From Squalus acanthias (taxonomy: Eukaryota): DNA of 64,000 nucleotides. The notes below the pieces were generated by a model. The model made no database searches. It saw nothing but the letters and a program-made list of their open reading frames with translations, and had not been told where the DNA came from. Positions 23,866 through 37,000 of the stretch are shown here, one piece after another. The DNA is taken from contig CM059431.1 in NCBI GenBank assembly GCA_030390025.1, positions 94,552,001 to 94,616,000 of the forward strand, in the 5' to 3' direction. How positions within the stretch are numbered: position 1 is the stretch's first letter; each line of letters opens with the position of its first letter. The position numbers were made by a program, and so were the translations under genes.

Positions 23866-25992
23866 ATATGACGAACATAAGAAATAGGAGCAGGAGAAGG
23901 CCATTAGGTACTTCGAGCCTGCTTTGCCATTCAATAAGATCATGACTGATCTACTACCTCAACTCCACTTTCCCGCCCTATCCCTATATACTTTGATTCC
24001 CTTAGTATCCAAAAATCTATCGATCTCTGTCTTGAATATAATCAACAACTGAGCATCCACAGACCTCTAGGGTAGAGAATTCCAAAGATTCACAACCCTT
24101 TGAGAGAAGGAGTTTCTCCTCGTCGAATCCTAAATGGTCGACCTCTTATTCTGAGATTGTGGCCCCTAGTTCTAGAATCTTGAGCCAGGGGAATATCGTC
24201 CCAGCATCTACTCGGTCAAGCCCCTTAAGAATTGTATATGTTTCAAAGAGACCACCTCTCATTCTTCTAAACTCTGTGGAATATAGGCCGAATCTACTCA
24301 ATCTCTCCTCATAGGACAATCCCCCCATCCCAGGAATCAGTCCAGTGAATCTTTCTTGCACTCCCTCTAAGGAATGTGTATCCTTCCTTAGGTAAGGAGA
24401 CCAAGACTGTGCACAGTACTCCAGGTGTGGTCTCACCAAGGCCCTATATAATTGCAGTAAGACGTCTTTACTCTTATACTCCGATCCCTTTGCTTTCCTA
24501 ATTGTTTGCTGTACCTGCATGTTAACTTTCAGTGATTCTTGTACAAGGACACCCAGTTTCCTCTGAATACAAACATTTCCTAGTCTCTCACCTTTTAAAA
24601 ATATTCTGTTTTTCTATTTTTTCTACGAAAGTGAATAACTTCACATTTCTCCACATTATATCCCATCTGCCATGTTCTTGCCCATTCACTTAAACTGCCT
24701 ATATCCCTTTTGCAGCCTCCCTCCTCACAGCTTACATTCCCACCAAGCTTTGTATTGTAAGCAAACTTGTATACATTACACCTGGTTCTTTCATTTATGT
24801 CATTGATGTAGATTGTAAATAGCTCAGGCCCAAGCAGTGATCCTTGCGGTACCCGATTAGTTACGGCCTGCCAACCCGAAAACGACCCGTTTATACCTAC
24901 TCTCTGTTTTCTGTCCTTTAACCAATTCTCAATCCATGCTAATATATTAACCCCAATCCCATGAGCTGTAGTTTTGTGCAATAACCTCTTGTGTGGCACC
25001 TTAGCGAATGCTTTGTGTAAATCCAATTCCACTACTTCCACTGGTTCCCCCTTATCTACCCTGCTAGTTACAACCTCAAAAATCTCTAACAGATTTATCA
25101 AACACGATTTCCCTTTCATAAATCCGTGTTGACTCTGCCCAATCATATTGGCTCAGAAATTGATCTCGCTCTGTTCCCGCGGGGGTAAGGCTTTCCCGCG
25201 ATCTCTCACCTCGCTTGTGCTTTTTCAGATCCAGCTCGCACGAACTTGATGTTCTAGAGATCAGCTGGGCAGTGCTTGCGTATCCCAGCGGCGTAGTGAA
25301 TTCGTGCGAGCTGTGGGATCACGTGACTCAGTTAGAGCCAATGGCAGCACACCATCTTCCATTCATAAGTTTCACAGCACGGCTGTGAAATCTATGAATC
25401 TTACACCCCCCCAAAATAACAGCTAAACCTCAATTAAATTTAAAAAAAAAACCATCACATTAATAAAATAAGTATAGTTAATTAAATTAACCATTTTAAA
25501 TAAAAAATTAAATTTTTGAAAAAATTTAAAATCTTTTAAAAAGTTATAAAAATAAACTTATCTGTCTTTAAAGTCTCTAAAAAAGGTATACCTTTTAAAA
25601 AAAATTCAAAAAAATACTTAATTCACTACTTACCTTCTTAAAAGTGGGTCTTACTCCTCCTTTTTACATTTCCAAAATCTTCCGTACTTACCTGCGCGTC
25701 CAAAGCATGAAGTGCACAGCGTGCGCGCAGCCTGTAGCGCGCACGCGATGCACCGAGGACCCGCCCCCTTTTCAGAAGAGCAATTGCCGGTTTTCAGCGC
25801 ATGCGCAGGGCATGCAGAAAACCGGCAATTGGAGTGGGAATACGCGAGAGTACGCAGTGCGTACTCTCGCCTCCCGGGATCAATTTTCGGCCCATTATGA
25901 TTTTCTAAGTGCCCAGTCTTCATGTCCCTAATAATAGATTCTAGCCTTTTCCTTACTACAGATGTCAGGCTAACTGGCCTATAGTTCCCTGT
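23866..25992 (-). mobile_element. CR1 (HER1-like) LINE 3' portion, interrupted by a MITE
   Basis: [27 protein letters not shown] and LVRPHLEYC motifs, with a CATAAGAA-type tail. Confidence 0.92.
25150..25893. mobile_element. Harbinger-type MITE (744 bp), TSD ATT
   Basis: Imperfect TIRs GGCTCAGAAATTGATC and GATCAATTTTCGGCCC. ATT at 25147-25149 and 25894-25896. Removing it restores continuous CR1 sequence. Confidence 0.85.
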
Positions 25993-26534
25993 TTGAGCAC
26001 AGAGCTTGGGGATACAGTTGGGTAAATGGCAATCGGAGTGGATCGCAAACCGAGTGGAAGCTGAGAATTTGGTTATAGTAGGAATTCGGTGGGGAGGAGG
26101 AAGGCAGTTTCTCACGTCCAACTGAAAAGACGGTGTGGAGCCACAAAACCTGAGGATTCTAAGTTAAGTATCTAGATATCTAGGGCCGTATTTTATGACC
26201 CCTACAGGTGTGTACGAGGTGCGCACATGCCCGTAGGGGCTGCGCAAGTTCCGGGTTTAGGCATGCGAAGTGCATGCGCTGAAACCCGGCACTTGCGATC
26301 TGTCAAGAATCTTCTTGACAGATACCCCACATCCCCAGGAAAAGGGCCTCTGCGGGTGGAGAGTTGCGCTATTTGCCCAACTTCCGCTTGCTGAAAGGCT
26401 GTGGAATTCTTACGCCTGGTAAAAGCAGCTTAAGAATTTTTAAAAATAGAAAAATAAAACTTTATCACTCACTTATACATTAGAAACACTGTCCAATAAG
26501 GTAAGTTTATATTTAGCCCCATTAAAACATATAG

Positions 26535-28481
26535 GCCTAAAAATAGGGTCAGAGTAGGGAAAAATGTGAAAAAGACAAAATTGAAGGCTCTTTATCTGAA
26601 TGCATGCAGCATTCATAACAAGATAGATGAATTGATGGCACAAATAGAAATAAATGGGTATGATCTGATAGCCATTACAAAGATGTGGTTGCAAAGTGAC
26701 CAAGGCTGGGAATTGAATATTCAGGGGTATTTGACATTTCGGAAGGATAGGCAGAAAGGAAAAGGAGGTGGAGTAGCTCTGTTAATAAAGGATGAGATCA
26801 GTACAGTAGTGAGAAATGATATTGGCTCAGAAGATCAAGATGTAGAATCAGTTTGGGTGGAGATAAGAAATAGAAAGGGAAAGAAGTCACTGGTGCGAGT
26901 AGTCTATAGGCCCCCCTAGTAGCTATAGTGTAGGACAGAGTATAAATCAAGAAATAATGGGGGCTTGTAAGAAATGTACTGCAATAATCATGGGCAATTT
27001 TAATCTTCATATCGATTGGACAAATCAAATTGGCAATGGTAGCATTGAGGACGAGCTCATAGAGTGTATTCGGGATGGTTTCTTAGAACAATATGTTGTG
27101 GAACCGACCAGGGAACAGGCTATTTTAGATCTGGTAATGTGTAATGAGACAGGATGAATTAATGATCTCATAGTAAAGGATCCTCTGGGGAAGAGTGATC
27201 ATAACATGATAGAATTTCACATTCAGTTTGAGGGTGAGAAACTTGGGTCTGAAACTAGTGTCTTAAATTTAAATAAAGACAATTACAAAGGTATGAAGAC
27301 AGAGTTGGCTAAAGTGAACTGGAAAAATAGATTAAATGGTAAGATGGTAGATAAGCAGTGGTAGACATTTAAGGAGATATTTCATAACTCTCAACAAAGA
27401 TATATTCCTGTAAGAAAGAAAGACTCTATGAGAAGGATGAACCATCTGTGGCTAACTAAGGAAGTTAAGGATGGTATCAAATTGAAAGAAAAGGCATACA
27501 ATGTTGCGAAGATTAGTGATAGGCCAGAAGATTAGGACATTTTTAGAAACCAGCAAAGGATGACTAAAAAAATTATAAAGAGGGAGAAAATAGATTGAGA
27601 GTAAACTAGCAAGAAATGTAAAAACAGTCGGTAAGAGCTTCTACAAGTATATAAAAAGGAAGAGAGTAGCTCAAGTAAACGTTGGTCCCTTAGATGATGA
27701 GACTGGGGAATTAATAATGGGAAACAAGGAAATGGCGAAGAATTTGAACAAATATTTAGTATCAGTCTTCACAGTAGAGGACACTAAAATCATTCCAATG
27801 ATAGCAGATAATCAAAGGGCAAAAGGGACAGAGGAACTTAAAACAATTACTAGCACCAGAGAAAATGTACTAGGCAAACTAATGGGACTAAAGGCTAACA
27901 AGTCCCCTGGACCTGATGGCCTGCATCCTAGGGTCTTAAAAGAGGTGGCTGCAGAGATAATGGATGCATTGGTTGTGATCTTCCAAAATTCCCTGAATTC
28001 TGGAGAAGTCACAGCGGACTGGAAAACCGCAAATGTAACGCTCCTATTCAAGAAAGGAGAGAGACAGAAAGCAGGAAACTATAGGCCAGTTAGCCTAACT
28101 TCTGTCATTGGGAAAATGCTGGAATCCATTATTAAGTGAGTAGTAGCAGGACATTTAGAAAATCAGAAGACAATCAAGCAGAGACAACATGGTTTTATGA
28201 AGGGGAAATCATGTTTGGCAAATTTATTAGAGTTCTTTGAGGATGTAACGAGCAGGGTGGATCAAGGGGAACCAGTAGATGTAGTGTATTTGGATTTCCA
28301 AAAGGCATTCGATAAGGTGCCGCATAAAAGGTTACTGCACAAGATAAGAGCTCACAGTGTTGGGGGTAATATATTAGCATGGATAGAGGATTGGCTAACT
28401 AACAGAAAACAGAGAGTCAGGATGAATGGGTCATTTTCAGGTTGGCAAACTGTAATTAGCGGGGTGCCACAAGGATCAGTG
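26535..28481 (+). mobile_element. CR1 LINE ORF2 fragment (APE endonuclease to mid-RT), multiple stops
   Basis: [51 protein letters not shown] and SGVPQGSV motifs. Confidence 0.93.
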
Positions 28482-28602
28482 TTCCAGGTCCTCCAGATCC
28501 CCTCCTTCCGGCTCAGGCACCTGCCGCTCGGGAATGCTCCTTTTAATTGCTCCGCCCTCGCTGTGCTCCCTCCAGGTGTGCATCTTCGGTTTCCGAGTAT
28601 AG

Positions 28603-29742
28603 AACGGGAGAGAGGATCAAAGGAGGAGAGAGGATCGAAGGGGAGAGAGGGTTGAAGGGGGAGAGAGGATCGAAGGGGAGAGAGGATCAAAGGGGAGAGA
28701 GGATCGAAGGAGAAGAGAGGATCGAAGGGGAGAGAGGATCGAAGGAGAAGAGAGGATCGAAGGGGAGAGAGGATCGAAGGAGAAGAGAGGATCGAAGGAG
28801 AAGAGAGGATCGAAGGAGAAGAGAGGATCGAAGGGGAGAGAGGATCGAAGGAGAAGAGAGGATCGAAGGAGAAGAGAGGATCGAAGGGGAGAGAGGATCG
28901 AAGGAGGAGAGAGGATCAAAGGGGAGAGAGGATCGAAGGAGAAGAGAGGATCGAAGGGGAGAGAGGATCGAAGGAGGAGAGAGGATCAAAGGGGAGAGAG
29001 GATCGAAGGAGAAGAGAGGATCGAAGGGGAGAGAGGATCGAAGGAGGAGAGAGGATCAAAGGGGAGAGAGGATCGAAGGGGAGAGAGGATCAAAGGAGGA
29101 GAGAGGATCGAAGGGGAGAGAGGATCGAAGGAGAAGAGAGGATCGAAGGGGAGAGAGGATCGAAGGAGGAGAGAGGATCAAAGGGGAGAGAGGATCGAAG
29201 GAGAAGAGAGGATCGAAGGGGAGAGAGGATCGAAGGAGAAGAGAGGATCGAAGGGGAGAGAGGATCGAAGGAGGAGAGAGGATCAAAGGGGAGAGAGGAT
29301 CGAAGGGGAGAGAGGATCAAAGGAGGAGAGAGGATCGAAGGGGAGAGAGGATCGAAGGGGAGAGAGGATCAAAGGAGAGAGGATCAAAGGGGAGAGAGGA
29401 TCGAAGGGGAGAGAGGATCGAAGGGGAGAGAGGATCGAAGGGGAGAGAGGATCAAAGGAGGAGAGAGGATCGAAGGGGAGAGAGGATCGAAGGGGAGAGA
29501 GGATCAAAGGTGAGAGAGGATCGAAGGGGAGAGAGGATCAAAGGAGGAGAGAGGATCGAAGGGGAGAGAGGATCGAAGGGGAGAGAGGATCAAAGGAGAG
29601 AGGATCAAAGGGGAGAGAGGATCGAAGGGGAGAGAGGATCGAAGGGGAGAGAGGATCGAAGGGGAGAGAGGATCAAAGGAGGAGAGAGGATCGAAGGGGT
29701 GAGAGGATCAAAGGAGGAGAGAGAGGATCGAAGGGGGAGAGA
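28603..29742 (+). repeat. Purine-rich minisatellite of 15-19-bp units (core GAGAGGATC(G/A)AAGG)
   Basis: About 1.1 kb of tandem GGAGAGAGGATCGAAGG variants. Confidence 0.97.
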
Positions 29743-30607
29743 GCTTTACAATTAGCCCCATACCCCTGCCCTTTCCCCGTAGCCCTAAAAAATGTTTCCC
29801 CTTCAAATATTTATCAAATTCTCTTTTGAAATTTATTATTGAATCTGCTTCCATCACCCTTTCAGGCAGTGCTCTCCAGATCATAACAACTCGCTGCATA
29901 ATTTTTTTTCCTCATGTTACCTCTGGTTCTTTTGCCAATTACCTTAAATCTGTCCTCTGGTTACCGACACTTCTGCCACTGGAAACAATTTCTCCTTATT
30001 TATTCTTCAAAACCATTCATGATTTTGAACACCTCTATCAAATCTCCCCTTAATCTTCTCTGCTCTAAGGAGAACAAATCTAGTTTCTCTAGTCTCTCCA
30101 TATAACTGAAGTCTTTCATCCCTTGTGACATTGTAGTAAATCTCCTCTGCACCCTCTCTAAGTCCTTGACATCCTTGCACAATACTCCAGCTGGGGCCTA
30201 AGCAGTGTTTTATAAAGGTTTAGCATAACTTCCTTGCTTTGTACTGTATGCCTCTATTTATAAAGCCTTTTTAACAGCCTTCTCAGCTTGTCCTGCCACC
30301 TTCAAAGAATTGAGTACGTTCACCCCCTTAAAATTATACCATTCAGTTCATATTGCTGCTCCTCAATCTCCCTACCAAAACGAATCACTTCACACTTCTC
30401 TGCGTTAAATTTCATCTGCTATGCATCTGCCTATTTCACCAGTCTATGTCCTCCTGAAGTCTGTTACTATCCTCTTCATTGAAACTTATAAAATTCTAAC
30501 AGGACTAGACAGACTAGATGCATGAAGGATGTTCCCGATGGCGGGGGAGTCCAGAACCAGAGGTCACAGTCTCAGGATACGGGGTAAGCCATTTAGGACT
30601 GAGATGA

Positions 30608-32219
30608 TGTAAAATTCGCAATTATCACGATTCGAAATAACGAGAGAGATACAGATTCGTTTAAGCAGTTTTATTTAAACAGAATGCTGTCACGATTAAA
30701 ACGGACACAAGAAGCCTGTAAAATGGCCGCCACACCTCGTGGCAGAAGTTTCCAGAATTTTCAGTGGGCAGACAAGATGGCGTTCGAATAAACATTTCAG
30801 TATAAGATTGGATAATACTCAGCAAACATTGGTAAAGACAGGATGCGACCTGTCTGCATTCGACACAATAGCAAGAGATATAAGTGCTGGAATCGTTTTC
30901 CATGCACAAGTAAGGACTATTGTACTGGGCAATCAGAGGCCCATCCAAATACATCAATACGCAAATTCCCCACGGCTCTACAATGAGAGAGCCATTCTCG
31001 GGTGCTTACACAAATATTTCGGAGGCCCCCAAAACCCCGCCAGGGAGGCTCCTAGCTGGTTCCACAATGGGAGAAACATTAACGGGTACTTGGCAGTTAC
31101 AAGTATCACCGAAACCCATTACAGACAGAATCACCCCATACTGAGAAGTTCGAGCGCCAAGATTTTACAAAAGATGAACATTAAGATTTGGGCGGGAGAT
31201 AAGGGAACCGAGCACTATAACTATAGACAACGAACGTCCATCGCTCTCTTGACTCTTATCTCTGCTGACTATTGACTTGGGCTGAACTCTTATCCTCTTG
31301 CCGTTCATCGAGCTCTTGTTCTCCGGGCTCTTATTCCGCTGAACCTTTTGGGGTCGACCTCGTGGCTTGCTACGGACTGCTGAAGCTCTGTGAAGAGCTG
31401 GATTTCGAAGGCCAGTAATCGGGGGCACCATCCCGAAGGTCGGTAAACGGTGTCTGGACCCGAAGGCCCGAGGAGACGAGACGAGATGAGATGAGAAGAG
31501 AAGAAGAAGACCACACGTGCCGCCGCGGTCAGTAAACCCCGACCGCGCCCGAAAATATATAGACCATTTTGAACTCTACAGGCTACTTCACGAACTGGCA
31601 TAGGAAGACTCTTCTTCGAATTCTACAAGGTGTCCGAGGTCCACACAGGTCTTCATGACAACAGACGGTCCAGCCTGCTAGCCGGAGCAGGGCAGATAAA
31701 CAAGTGGGGTACAGAAACCCTTTTCAACACGTGACAGTCAGGCGTTGCAGCGAAAATAGCCGAGCGCCTCATTTTAAATTCTCCGAGGTATCACGAGTGG
31801 TGAGCATGTTTCTCGATCCTACAAATCTAGATTAGTGTAGGTATTGATAGGGGAGGGTGGTTTTTATTAAGGATAAATATAATGTGTTCCCCTTTTTACG
31901 ATGTGTCGTGCGCTCCTCATTACCCTAGACCCAGTTTTATAAATGTATGTAAGCTTGTACTGTCATCAATCTGTGCTTATGACATGTATTTCGTGATCTT
32001 GAACAATATGCAATAAAGATTTCCATTTCGTACTATTCAACCGGGTCTACCTGAGTTTTCTCTGCATTACTGCTCTCGCACCTAAGTCCAGTGTTAGAAC
32101 CGTAAGGGCGAGTGGGTCGAACCACTCACAGGTGTTTAGTGCTACAAGGCTGGCCGGAGACCAGGGCAAGCAATAAGGCCTAACCCCGCACAAGCACCTA
32201 GGAACCTGAACCCCTTACA
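30608..32219 (+). mobile_element. Long solo LTR (1612 bp)
   Basis: TGTAA...TTACA termini. TSD ATGA at 30604-30607 and 32220-32223. TATATA at about 31556 and AATAAA at 32012. Confidence 0.88.
30739..31275 (+). CDS. Unknown 178-codon ORF within the LTR U3 region (candidate retroviral accessory gene end)
   Basis: Stop-free, non-repetitive frame upstream of the LTR TATA box. It lacks an ATG start (GTG) and I recognise no motif. Confidence 0.4.
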   Translation: MAEVSRIFSGQTRWRSNKHFSIRLDNTQQTLVKTGCDLSAFDTIARDISAGIVFHAQVRTIVLGNQRPIQIHQYANSPRLYNERAILGCLHKYFGGPQNPAREAPSWFHNGRNINGYLAVTSITETHYRQNHPILRSSSAKILQKMNIKIWAGDKGTEHYNYRQRTSIALLTLISADY

Positions 32220-33549
32220 ATGAGGAGGAATTTCTTCACCCAGAGATTGGTGAACCTGTGGAATTCTCTACCGCAGAAGGCAGTTGAGGCCAATTCATTA
32301 AATATATTCAAGAAGGAGATAGATATATTTCTTAAGGCTAAAGGGATCAAGGGATATGGGGAGAAAGCAGGGACAGGGTACTGAATTTGGATGATCAGCC
32401 ATGATCTCATTAAATGGCGGAGCAGGCTCGAGGGGCCGAATGCCCTACTCCTGCTCCTATCTTCTAGGCTTCTATGCTTCATTGTTTACTACATTTCTGA
32501 GCTTCTTGTTATCTGCAAACTTTGAAATTATGCCCTGTATACCCAAGTCCGTGTCATTAACATATATATATATATAAAGCAGTGGTCCCAACACCATTCA
32601 CCACTACTCTCTGCGTTCTGTCCCTTAGCCAGTGTTGTATCCACACTGTATCCCTTTAATCTCATGGGCTTAAATTTTGCTAACAAGACTATGTGGTACA
32701 TTATCAAATGCCTGTTGAAAGTCCATATACACAAGATCAACCATACTACCCTCATCAACTCTCTCCATATTGCAGCATGTATCTCATATTGCCCAGAAGG
32801 CAGCCTTCCTTCTCCATAGAAAAGCAGAGACATGCAGAACTACCACAATATAAATGAGTCAGCTTTCGAGAAAACGGAAAATGAGTTTTCAGATGCATGA
32901 CTCACTCATAGTTGTAAAGAATTTGATCATTGGGCAAATGCTGCCCTCTTTGTGTTAATCTACCACTGCCTTTCCTATCAGTGCGCCAAGAGCTGTGTAA
33001 GTGTCATGGAGCAGGCTGTATCTCCTTGGAGAACTGTATATACCCTTTCATTTACTGTAGTGTACAACACCTGATTCCAGGTATGTCTGCAGTTGGTGCC
33101 TGGAAAGCAGAGGTGCAACCGGGTATCTAAAGGCTGATGTCCTGATGACCAATGGGGTGGCTAGCTTACAGGCCAGGCATACCAGGAAATCACAGGTGTG
33201 TTGCCCCTGATTTTGGATCTATAAACTTCTCGGTATATGTGGTAGCTCCCTGCCAGTATTGCAAATTCAGAAACTTACTCCCATAGAGCTGGGAGGCGGG
33301 ATAATTCTTAATTTTGCAGTGGGCAAGAGAAAGGGACATGACCCATGACAAAAAACAATTGGGGGGTGGGGGGTTGGTGGGCTATGCTTGAAGGATTCTG
33401 TGGTATAGAATTGGAGGACAGCTGTAATTTTCACTGCCTCTGGTAGTACCATCTGAATATTGGATCATGGCTGCAGGTGCTGCTAGAGAAGGTTGCCAAG
33501 CTCAGAGTCTCCCTGCTTTAATCATAGCTTCCTAATGCATCGCTCCAAA

Positions 33550-33856
33550 TAGTGCAATACTTAGCGAGTGCTGCTTTGTCATATCTTTTAGATGAGATCT
33601 TAAACCAAGGTCCTGTATGCCTGTTCAGGTGGATGGAAAAGATTCTATGGCACTATTCGAAGAAGAGCAGGGAATTCTCCTGCTCTCCTGGCCAACATTT
33701 ATCCCTCAACCAACATTACCCAAATTAACTAATCATTTATCGCATTGTTGTTTATTGGATCTTACAAACAATAGTGATGACACTTCAAACATAATTCCTT
33801 GGTCGTGAAATGTTTTGAGACATTCTCAGGACGTGAGATGTGTCATAGAAATGCGA
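33550..33856 (+). mobile_element. Degenerate DeuSINE-like SINE
   Basis: ATGGCACTATTCGAAGAAGAGCAGGG...CCTGGCCAACATTTATCCCTCAACC core. Confidence 0.7.
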
Positions 33857-34094
33857 AGGATGGTTGAAGCAAACACTGATGCAGGCACACACATGTGGAT
33901 CATGGAAATAAGATGATTGCACCTTCTTTTGAATTTTTGGTAATGATTTGTTGGCAAGAAGAGAGATCTAACTGTTATAGTTGGAGATAAACATGTAGGG
34001 ATGGAAGGGAAGGTGGGGGGTTTTGACGCAGCATGTTGGCATGAGGTGAGTGAAGGACAGGGATGCCCATATCATTGTTCATGTTGCTGAAGCA

Positions 34095-37000
34095 GGGCTG
34101 CTTTTAACTAAAGGTTGGTTTAATCAGGCCTTGCTGCAAACATATGCCTGAGTGTGCATCAGCCAGTTCCACTGCTCCTTTCCCTGGAGACAAGAGTTCA
34201 GGTTCACGTTCCAGCCCTTCTGGCTGCTTGGGCTCCTCTCTTCTCCCATTGCACAGAATACAGCAGTTGCAAGAAATCTTTGCGGTGTTCTCTGGGCTGT
34301 ACAATAGGGCCCCATCTCATCTGTCCAGACATTGAAAACATTGCTTTTATATCCCGATGGTACGTTCTACAAGAATTCAGTTGGAGGCATGAGCCTCATT
34401 AGACTTTCCTTTGACCTCATATAAGGTTTTCAGACAATTAGCTAGAATAGCAAGGTCCCCCAGGGGCCAGCTATCCATTCTGCCTTCTCCTTCAAAGAGT
34501 TGTGGCTCTGTCAACTGTCAGTAGATGAAAGCATCATGTTGTTGCTGGGGTATCTGGTTGTCACATGCATTATTCGGTTGTGGTGGTTTGAGACCACCAC
34601 CTTGTGTATGGAATGAAGTTCTGGAGTTGCTGGTTGGCACCCTGCTGTCAATGTAGTTGCCATCAATGGTACCCTGCACTCTTTGGAACTCAGCCACTCC
34701 AGATATCCCCCAGCAGGCAAAGCTAATCTAACATTTGTCACCAGTGGCACCTTAAGGGGATTATTACAACAACAACTTGTGTTTATATCGCACCTTTAAC
34801 GTAGTAAAACATCCCAAGGTGCTTCACAGGAGTATTATAAGACAAAAAAATTGAAACCAAGGCACATAAGAAATTCGGGCAGATGACCAAAAGCTTGGTC
34901 AAAGAGGTAGGTTTTACGGAGCGTCTTAAAGGAGGAAAGCGAGGGAGAGAGGCAGACAGACTTAGGGAATTCCAGAGCTTAGGGCCTAGGCAGCTGAAGG
35001 CACGGCCACCAATGGTTGAGCGATTATAATCAGGGATGCTCAAGAGGGCAAAATTTGAGGAGCGCAGATATCTCGGGGGGTTGTGGGGCTGGAGGAGATT
35101 ACAGAGATAAGGAGGGTCGAGGCCATAGAGGGATGTGAAAACAAGGATGAGAATTTTGAAATCAAGGCGTTGCTTAACCGGGAGCCAATGTAGGTCAGCG
35201 AGCACAGGGGTAATGGGTGAATGGGACTTGGTGCGAGTTAGGACATGGGCAGCCGAGTTTTGGACTACCTCAAGTTTACGTAGGGTAGAATGTGAGAGGC
35301 CAGCCAGGACTGCGTTGGAATAGTCAAGACTAGAGGTAACAAAGGCATAGATGAGGGTTTCAGCAGCAGATGAGCTGAGGCAGGGGCAGAGATGGGCAAT
35401 GTTACGGAGGTGGAAATAGTTATGCCTTAGTTATGCCTTAGGTCTTAGTTATGCCACGGATATGTGGTCGGAAGCTCATTTCAGGGTCAAATATGACACC
35501 AAGGTTGCGAACAGTGTGGTTCAGCCTCAGACAGATGCTAGGGAGAGGGATGGAGTCAGTGGCTAGGGAACAGAGTTTGTGGCGGGGCCTGAAGACAATG
35601 GCTTCGGTTTTCCCAATATTTAATTGGAGAAAATTTCTGTTCATCCAGTACTGGATGTCGGACAAGCAGTGTGCCAATTTAGAGAACTGGAGGGGTCGAG
35701 GGAAGTGGTGGTGAGGTAGAGCTGGGTGTCGTCAGCGTACATGTGGAAACTGACACCGTGTTTTCAGATGATGTCACCAAGGGGCAGTATATAGATAAGA
35801 AATAGGAGGGGGCCAAGGATAGATCCTTGGGGGACACCAGAGGTAACGATGCGGGAGCGGGAAGAGAAGCCGTTGCAGGTGATTTTCTGGCTACGATTAG
35901 ATAGATAAGAATGGAACCAGGCGAGTGCAGTCCCACCCAGCTGGACGACGGTGGAGAGGCGTTGGAGAAGGATGGAGTGGTCAACAGTGTCAAAGGCTGC
36001 AGACAAGCCAAGAAGGAGGAGGAGGGATAGTTTACCTTTGTCACAGTCACAAAGGATGTCATTTGTGACTTTGATGAGAGCCGTTTCGGTACTGTGGCGG
36101 GAACGGAAACCGGATTGGAGGGATTCAAACATGGAGTGCCGGGAAAGATGGGCATGGATTTGGTAGGCGACAACACGTTCAAGGATTTTGGAAAGGAAAG
36201 GGAGGTTGGAGATGGGGCGGTAGTTTGCAAGGACGGAGGGATCAAGGGTTGTTTTTTTGAGGAGAGGGGTGATGATGGCAGATTTAAAGGAGAGGGGGAC
36301 AGTACCTGAGGAGAGTGAACCGTTAACAATGTCAGCTAACATGGGAGCCAGAAAAGGAAGTTTAGTGGGAATAGGTTCAAGGGAGTAGGAAGTGGGTCTC
36401 ATGGACAGGATGAGCATGGAGAGGTCAGGAGGGGAGATCGGAGAGAAACTGGAGAAAGATGCGAGTTCAGGGCTAGGGCAGTGGGAACCTTAGAGGAAGC
36501 AAGGAAGGGAAGTGGCAGAGGCAGCTGATCGGATGGTCTCAATCTTAGAGACAAAGAAGTCCATCAGATCCTCGCGCTTGTTGTTGGTGAGGGTGGAGGA
36601 GACAGGGGAGAGGGGTTTAAGAAGATGGCTAGCAGTAGAAAATAGTAGCCGGGGGTTATCTTTGCATTCCAGAATTATCCAGGAATAGTGAGCAGTTTTG
36701 GCAGACAAGAGTAGGACCCGATAATGCTTTATGTGGTCCAGCCAGATCTGGCGGTTAATGGCTAAACCAGTTGTCCACCACATCCGTTCAAGTCTGCGTC
36801 CCTTGGACTTGAGGGACCGAGGATGAGGGCCGTACCAGGGGGATCGGCCAGGGTGAGAGAGAGTAATGGTTTTAATAGGGACTAGGGTATCAAAGGTGGT
36901 GGTGAGGGTGTGGTTGAGCAGATCGGTAGCTGCAGAAATGTTGTGGTGAATGGAGGGCCAAAGGCTGAACAGTTGGGATTTCGTAAGTGCAGTTGTAAGA

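Larger units (their letters stand above)
30482..32476 (+). mobile_element. Short CR1 3' end with 8-bp TSD CTTCATTG, interrupted by a solo LTR
   Basis: ETYKILTGLDRLD...PFRTEM continues as RRNFFTQR across 30608-32219. TSD at 30474-30481 and 32477-32484. Confidence 0.85.
29745..32765 (-). mobile_element. Old CR1 LINE fragment (29745-30481 and 32477-32765) split by a younger CR1
   Basis: LERVQRRFT, RRLRGDLIEVFKIM and downstream RT remnants. The two parts rejoin across the duplicated CTTCATTG. Confidence 0.75.

Noticed and set aside
28547..29755. 402-aa R/E/G-rich ORF and its antisense S/P/L ORFs
   Set aside because: These are translations of a stop-free minisatellite, with no evidence of coding function.
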